Source of the DNA: Syntrophorhabdaceae bacterium
GTDB lineage: Bacteria; Desulfobacterota; Syntrophorhabdia; Syntrophorhabdales; Syntrophorhabdaceae
NCBI GenBank assembly: GCA_963665295.1
Contig: OY762209.1
Coordinates: 1,856,001-1,920,000, forward strand
DNA: 64,000 nucleotides
Direction: 5' to 3'
The notes under the pieces were generated by a model. That model searched no databases. It saw only the letters and a list, made by a program, of their open reading frames with translations, and was not told where the DNA came from. Made by a program: the position numbers and the translations under genes. Each line of letters starts with the position of its first letter. Within the stretch, counting starts at the first letter, position 1. Of the stretch, positions 59,774 to 64,000 are shown one piece after another.

Positions 59774-60976
59774 ATGAACAAGTATACGAAAGCCTACATC
59801 CCTTACAAGGGCTATTATTCAACCCCCTTCTCACGCTGGCAGGGGAGCATGCAGAACGACAACGCCGTGGAACTGGCAGCAAAAACGGCAAGGAGATGGT
59901 TCCTTGAGAAGAACCTTGACCCCACGGTCATGGATTACATGTATTTCGGTTCCACCGTGGCCCAGAACCACTGGTTCTGTGCCCACAACTACGCCGCCGC
60001 CATGCTGACGGATGACCAGAAGTTCGTGCCCGCCCTGTTCGTGAACCAGGCGTGCGCCACATCGACCACGATCCTGAACCTTATTGCAAAGGACCTGGAG
60101 CTCGGCGTCTACGATGTAGGGTATGCCCTCATGGCGGACCGCTGCTCCAACGGACCCCACACCACGTGGGCAGACCCCTTAGGTCCCGGCGGCCAGCCCG
60201 ACAGGGAAGACTGGAACATGGATAACTTCAGCGGCACCCCGAGACACCGCGCTGCCATGGTGCAGACCGCGGAGAACGTCGCCAAGGAAGTGGGGATCAC
60301 GAAGGAAGAGTGCGACACGGTAGTCTTACGCCGTTTTCAGCAGTACCAGGACGCCATCGCCAACGACCGCGCATTCCAGAAGCGTTACATGTTCTCCCCC
60401 GAGGTCACGGTGACCAGGAAAAAGACCAAATTGATGGAAGTAGATGAAGGTTGGACCCCCACCACGGCGGAAGGTCTGGCCAAGCTGAAACCGGTCGTAC
60501 CCGGCGGCTGTCTCAGCTTCGGCGCTCAGACCTTTCCCGCCGATGGTAACTGCGGGATCATCGTTACCACGAGGGACAAGGCGAAGGAGTTGAGCGCGGA
60601 CCCGAAGAGGGAGATTCAGATCGTCTCCTACGGCTTCGCCCGCGTAAAACCCATGTTCATGCCTGCTGCCCCGATCCCCGCCTCCGAGATGGCCCTTGCC
60701 AACGCGGGTCTCAAGGTATCGGACATGAAGGCCATAAAGACCCATAACCCCTTCGCGGTCAATGACCTTGCCTTTGCGAAGAAGTTGGGCTACGATGTGA
60801 TGAAGATGAACAACAACGGAAGCTCCCTGATCTATGGTCATCCCCAGGGACCGACCATAGGCAGGGCGGTATGTGAGCTTATCGAAGAGCTGGTCCTCCT
60901 GGGAGGAGGCTACGGGCTCGTGACGGGTTGCTCCGCCGGTGATACGGCGGCTTCCCTGGTGCTGAAGGTAGACTAG
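59774..60976 (+). CDS. Thiolase-family protein
   Basis: NQACATS, PADG, HNPF, GHPQG, GCSAG. Confidence 0.88.
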   Translation: MNKYTKAYIPYKGYYSTPFSRWQGSMQNDNAVELAAKTARRWFLEKNLDPTVMDYMYFGSTVAQNHWFCAHNYAAAMLTDDQKFVPALFVNQACATSTTILNLIAKDLELGVYDVGYALMADRCSNGPHTTWADPLGPGGQPDREDWNMDNFSGTPRHRAAMVQTAENVAKEVGITKEECDTVVLRRFQQYQDAIANDRAFQKRYMFSPEVTVTRKKTKLMEVDEGWTPTTAEGLAKLKPVVPGGCLSFGAQTFPADGNCGIIVTTRDKAKELSADPKREIQIVSYGFARVKPMFMPAAPIPASEMALANAGLKVSDMKAIKTHNPFAVNDLAFAKKLGYDVMKMNNNGSSLIYGHPQGPTIGRAVCELIEELVLLGGGYGLVTGCSAGDTAASLVLKVD

Positions 60977-60994
60977 GTAAAGGACGCAAATTCC

Positions 60995-61023
60995 GGGGGG
61001 CCGTAAGTCCGGCCCCCCTTTTT
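60995..61023 (+). terminator. Rho-independent terminator
   Basis: GGGGGGCCG-loop-CGGCCCCCC followed by TTTTT. Confidence 0.8.
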
Positions 61024-61119
61024 GCTACACCCGGTATGGCTTTATCCGGGGGTAACAACAGGACGGACGGCGCCCGCGCCCTCCGCGCGGGGCATAGTCA
61101 CTAATTGTTGGGAGGTACA

Positions 61120-61833
61120 ATGGATTTCACACACCTGTTCAACGGCCCTTTCTTTTTCGGCCTGCTTAACATCATCTTCATCAACATCATCCTTTCAGGA
61201 GACAACGCAGTGGTCATCGCCATGGCGGTGAGGTCCCTTCCCCCCAAGGAAAGACAGTGGGGCATCATACTGGGTACCGCAGGGGCGGTGCTGCTCAGGA
61301 TAGCCCTTACCTTCGTGGCGGCAAAGCTCCTTGAAGTCTCCTTCGTGAAGCTCGCGGGCGGTCTTCTCATCCTCTGGATTGCCTTCAAGCTCCTCCTCCC
61401 TGAACCGGAGGGAGACAACGTAAAAGAGGTACATGGCCTCCGTCAGGCGGTCATCACCATCCTCATGGCAGACCTCGTAATGAGTCTCGATAACGTACTC
61501 GGCGTGGCGGGAGCCGCGAACGGGAACCTTCTTCTTCTCCTCATCGGACTTGCCACGAGCATCCCCATAGTGGTATTCGCGAGCAACATCATTACAAAGC
61601 TCATGGACCGCTTCCCGGTGATCGTCCTCCTGGGCGCCGCCGTACTGGGCAGGGTAGCGGGAGAGATGATCATGAGCGATCCCTGGATGGTGCGCTCCGT
61701 GTTCCACGGACATCCGGGTCACCTCCTCGACTATACGGTGCAGCTTGCCCTTGCCGTGGGTGTCGTGGTGGCGGCGAAGATGTGGGTGAAGGTGAAGGTT
61801 CGGACGGCGAAGCCCGCAACAGCGGTGGATTAA
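61120..61833 (+). CDS. TerC family (YjbE-like) membrane protein
   Basis: LSGDNAVVIAMA, ADLVMSLDNV. Confidence 0.92.
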   Translation: MDFTHLFNGPFFFGLLNIIFINIILSGDNAVVIAMAVRSLPPKERQWGIILGTAGAVLLRIALTFVAAKLLEVSFVKLAGGLLILWIAFKLLLPEPEGDNVKEVHGLRQAVITILMADLVMSLDNVLGVAGAANGNLLLLLIGLATSIPIVVFASNIITKLMDRFPVIVLLGAAVLGRVAGEMIMSDPWMVRSVFHGHPGHLLDYTVQLALAVGVVVAAKMWVKVKVRTAKPATAVD

Positions 61834-61933
61834 AAGAGACAGACCGGCTATCAGGGGATGATCATGGTCCGGCGCGCCCCAGCTCAAAAGGGAGGGGCTA
61901 CGCGAAATCGGACCATGGTCATCCTTTTATTCT

Positions 61934-63139
61934 TTACACGTTTGTGAGTATGTGCCCCAGCTTCTCCTGTTTTGTCCTGAGGTACACGATATTGTGATCG
62001 GTGGGCGACATTTCGAGGGGGACCCTTTCCACTACAGTCAGCCCATATCCTTCAAGGCCCAGTATCTTTCGGGGGTTGTTAGTGAGGAGCCTCATGCGTC
62101 GGACCCCGAGGTCATTGAGTATCTGCGCGCCTATCCCGTAATCCCTGAGGTCGGGGGAAAACCCCAGGGCAATATTCGCCTCCACCGTGTCGCGCCCCTT
62201 GTCCTGCAGGTTATACGCCCGGAGCTTGTTGAGAAGGCCTATGCCCCTTCCCTCCTGTCTCATATAGACGAATACGCCCTTCCCCTCCTTCCCGATCATG
62301 GCGAGGGCACGATGCATCTGCTCTCCACAGTCGCACCTCAGAGAGCCCAGGACGTCGCCTGTAAAGCATTCCGAGTGGACCCGCACGAGGACCGTATCAT
62401 CGGGCGTAATCTCTCCCTTCACAAGGGCGAGGTGAGTCTCTTTATCTACATCGTTGTCATATCCCACCAATGTGAATTCACCGCCGTACCTTGTAGGTAT
62501 TCTCGTCTGGGTGGCCCTTCGCACGAGTTTTTCATGTTTCATCCTGTAGGTGATGAGGTCCGCGATGGTCCCTATTTTGAGGTCGTGCCGCTTCGCGAAC
62601 CGTTTGAGGTCCACCATTCTCGCCATGGTACCGTTCTCTTTCATGATCTCGCAAATGACGGCCGCCGGCTTCAACCCTGCAATCCTTGCCAGATCGATGG
62701 ACGCCTCCGTGTGACCGACCCTGACGAGCACTCCGCCCTGTCGCGCCATGAGAGGGAAGACGTGCCCCGGTTTTGCAAGGTCGGCAGGCCTCGATCCGTC
62801 GGCTATGGCTACCTCGACGGTTTTTGCCCGGTCATGGGCCGATATACCGGTGGTTACGCCCTCTCGTGCCTCTATGGAGACGGTGAAGGCCGTATTATGG
62901 GCCGACGTATTCTCTCGCACCATTAAAGGAAGGCCGAGGCTCCTGACCTTCTCTTCCGTGAGGGGAAGACAAATAAGGCCGCAGGCGTACCGGGCCATGA
63001 AGGTGATTATCTCGGGTGTGGCCTTTTCGGCGGCCACCATGAGGTCCCCTTCATTTTCCCTGTCCTCGTCGTCAACGATGATGACCATTTTTCCGTTCTT
63101 TACGTCTTCAATTACGTCTTCGATATTTGAAACTGCCAT
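61934..63139 (-). CDS. ribBA: Bifunctional DHBP synthase / GTP cyclohydrolase II
   Basis: [40 protein letters not shown]. Confidence 0.96.
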   Translation of the reverse strand: MAVSNIEDVIEDVKNGKMVIIVDDEDRENEGDLMVAAEKATPEIITFMARYACGLICLPLTEEKVRSLGLPLMVRENTSAHNTAFTVSIEAREGVTTGISAHDRAKTVEVAIADGSRPADLAKPGHVFPLMARQGGVLVRVGHTEASIDLARIAGLKPAAVICEIMKENGTMARMVDLKRFAKRHDLKIGTIADLITYRMKHEKLVRRATQTRIPTRYGGEFTLVGYDNDVDKETHLALVKGEITPDDTVLVRVHSECFTGDVLGSLRCDCGEQMHRALAMIGKEGKGVFVYMRQEGRGIGLLNKLRAYNLQDKGRDTVEANIALGFSPDLRDYGIGAQILNDLGVRRMRLLTNNPRKILGLEGYGLTVVERVPLEMSPTDHNIVYLRTKQEKLGHILTNV

Positions 63140-63345
63140 ATGTGCCCCCTTTTATCTGTTCATGCGGTCCCACGGGTGTAACGAAGGGTTTCGGGCAGGG
63201 AGGATGGAGGGTTCATGTCACTTCATCTTGCAGGGACCGATGGATCATCCTTTCCCGGAGACGGGTTTACGACGGAACCTGCGCTTACGGTCAGGCCGGG
63301 CAACACGGCGATCAGGCGCGGGATGGTCTCCCGTCTCCTGCGCCG

Positions 63346-63392
63346 GGATGGGATAACCGGTTCCCCAAGGGGTGTGTCCGGTTATCCCATCC
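63346..63392. terminator. Long stem-loop downstream of the Tm-1-like gene
   Basis: GGATGGGATAACCGG...CCGGTTATCCCATCC, 15 bp perfect stem. Confidence 0.55.
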
Positions 63393-63431
63393 AACGACAC
63401 TGTCTCACTCAAACCGTAAGCAGCTTTATGC

Positions 63432-64000
63432 TCAACTCCTTTGCAGCGAACGGGAAACGTTTTCCAGAAAAGCGTCCATAACGGCATCGGTAAATTTCTC
63501 TTCAAGCACGTGGGCATCTACCTTGACAACTTTGAACTTGCCGTCGAAGGCCGAGATCGCCTCGATGAATCCCTGGTCTGCGTCGGGATTGTACAGGGCG
63601 CCGCCCACCTGATCGTGTACACCGAAGCCGCGCATGGGTATTACCACAGTGACGGGTCCCTTGCTCCTCGCCAGTTTTTCCCCTACTTCCTTTCCTACCC
63701 GCGTGAGTTCTTCCTTGCTGGACCGGTAAAGGGCTACTGCCCGGTTATGAGGCTGAACCACCCGTCCCGGATATTTTCCGGGCGCCGCGGCGATGAAATC
63801 ACAGGAGCCGGGGATAAAGACCTGGGGCAGGCCCAACTTTCCGGCATTCTCATAGCGGTCGTCAGGGGGAAAGGAGTCCCCGCCCCCGAGACGGTCAAGC
63901 CAGTCACTCGCAAGCTCGATGACCCCGCCGTCGATATAGCCGTCCGCAAGGACCTGTTCGAGACTTGCAGGGCCGAACCCGAAACAATGGAAGGTCATGG
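63432..64000 (-). CDS. Tm-1-like (UPF0261) protein, 5' end outside the window
   Basis: FH..G.G...LE, R...AG..G.PQV..PG..D, HN....L.R, IP.RGF...D, DAH motifs. Confidence 0.8.
   Translation of the reverse strand, partial: MTFHCFGFGPASLEQVLADGYIDGGVIELASDWLDRLGGGDSFPPDDRYENAGKLGLPQVFIPGSCDFIAAAPGKYPGRVVQPHNRAVALYRSSKEELTRVGKEVGEKLARSKGPVTVVIPMRGFGVHDQVGGALYNPDADQGFIEAISAFDGKFKVVKVDAHVLEEKFTDAVMDAFLENVSRSLQRS

Noticed and set aside
63140..63430. FMN riboswitch upstream of ribBA
   Set aside because: The conserved RFN motifs (e.g. AGTCCGGATGGGAG) were not found on the minus strand; only a generic hairpin is present.

Overview
GC-rich bacterial chromosomal window. Gene content suggests an anaerobic Desulfobacterota/Syntrophorhabdus-like organism (inference only). 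Layout: (1) 1-9.6 kb: HD protein, GH13 and GH63 glycosidases, an alpha/beta hydrolase and a Cys-rich thaumatin-domain surface protein. (2) About 9.9-34.8 kb: accessory region with an integrase pseudogene, MNT-HEPN toxin-antitoxin pair, HEPN/PIN/PD-(D/E)xK candidate defence genes, IS21 remnant, S8 protease, RND efflux operon, and a 5.3 kb integrase-less island with IS630 at tRNA-Ser(CGA). This region is punctuated by about 9 copies of an unexplained ~55 bp bipartite site (TGAAG...CTGCACGTAAT) at module boundaries. (3) tadA, ldh, a flavoprotein disulfide reductase and two tandem chagasin-papain (I42-C1A) proteases. (4) A 3.8 kb IS1-like cargo transposon (17 bp IRs, 8 bp near-perfect target duplication) carrying a RelE/HTH pair and a KilA-N protein. 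Its transposase is preceded by a perfect sigma70 promoter, a palindromic operator and a 70 nt tRNA-like structure. (5) Housekeeping and metabolic genes: recQ, PAS-LuxR, LysR, idi, a CoA-ligase/SDR/thiolase operon, TerC, ribBA and a Tm-1-like gene. The most novel candidates are the tRNA-like leader in the IS1-like transposon and the repeated-site array. All protein calls come from motif recognition by eye; no database searches were run.
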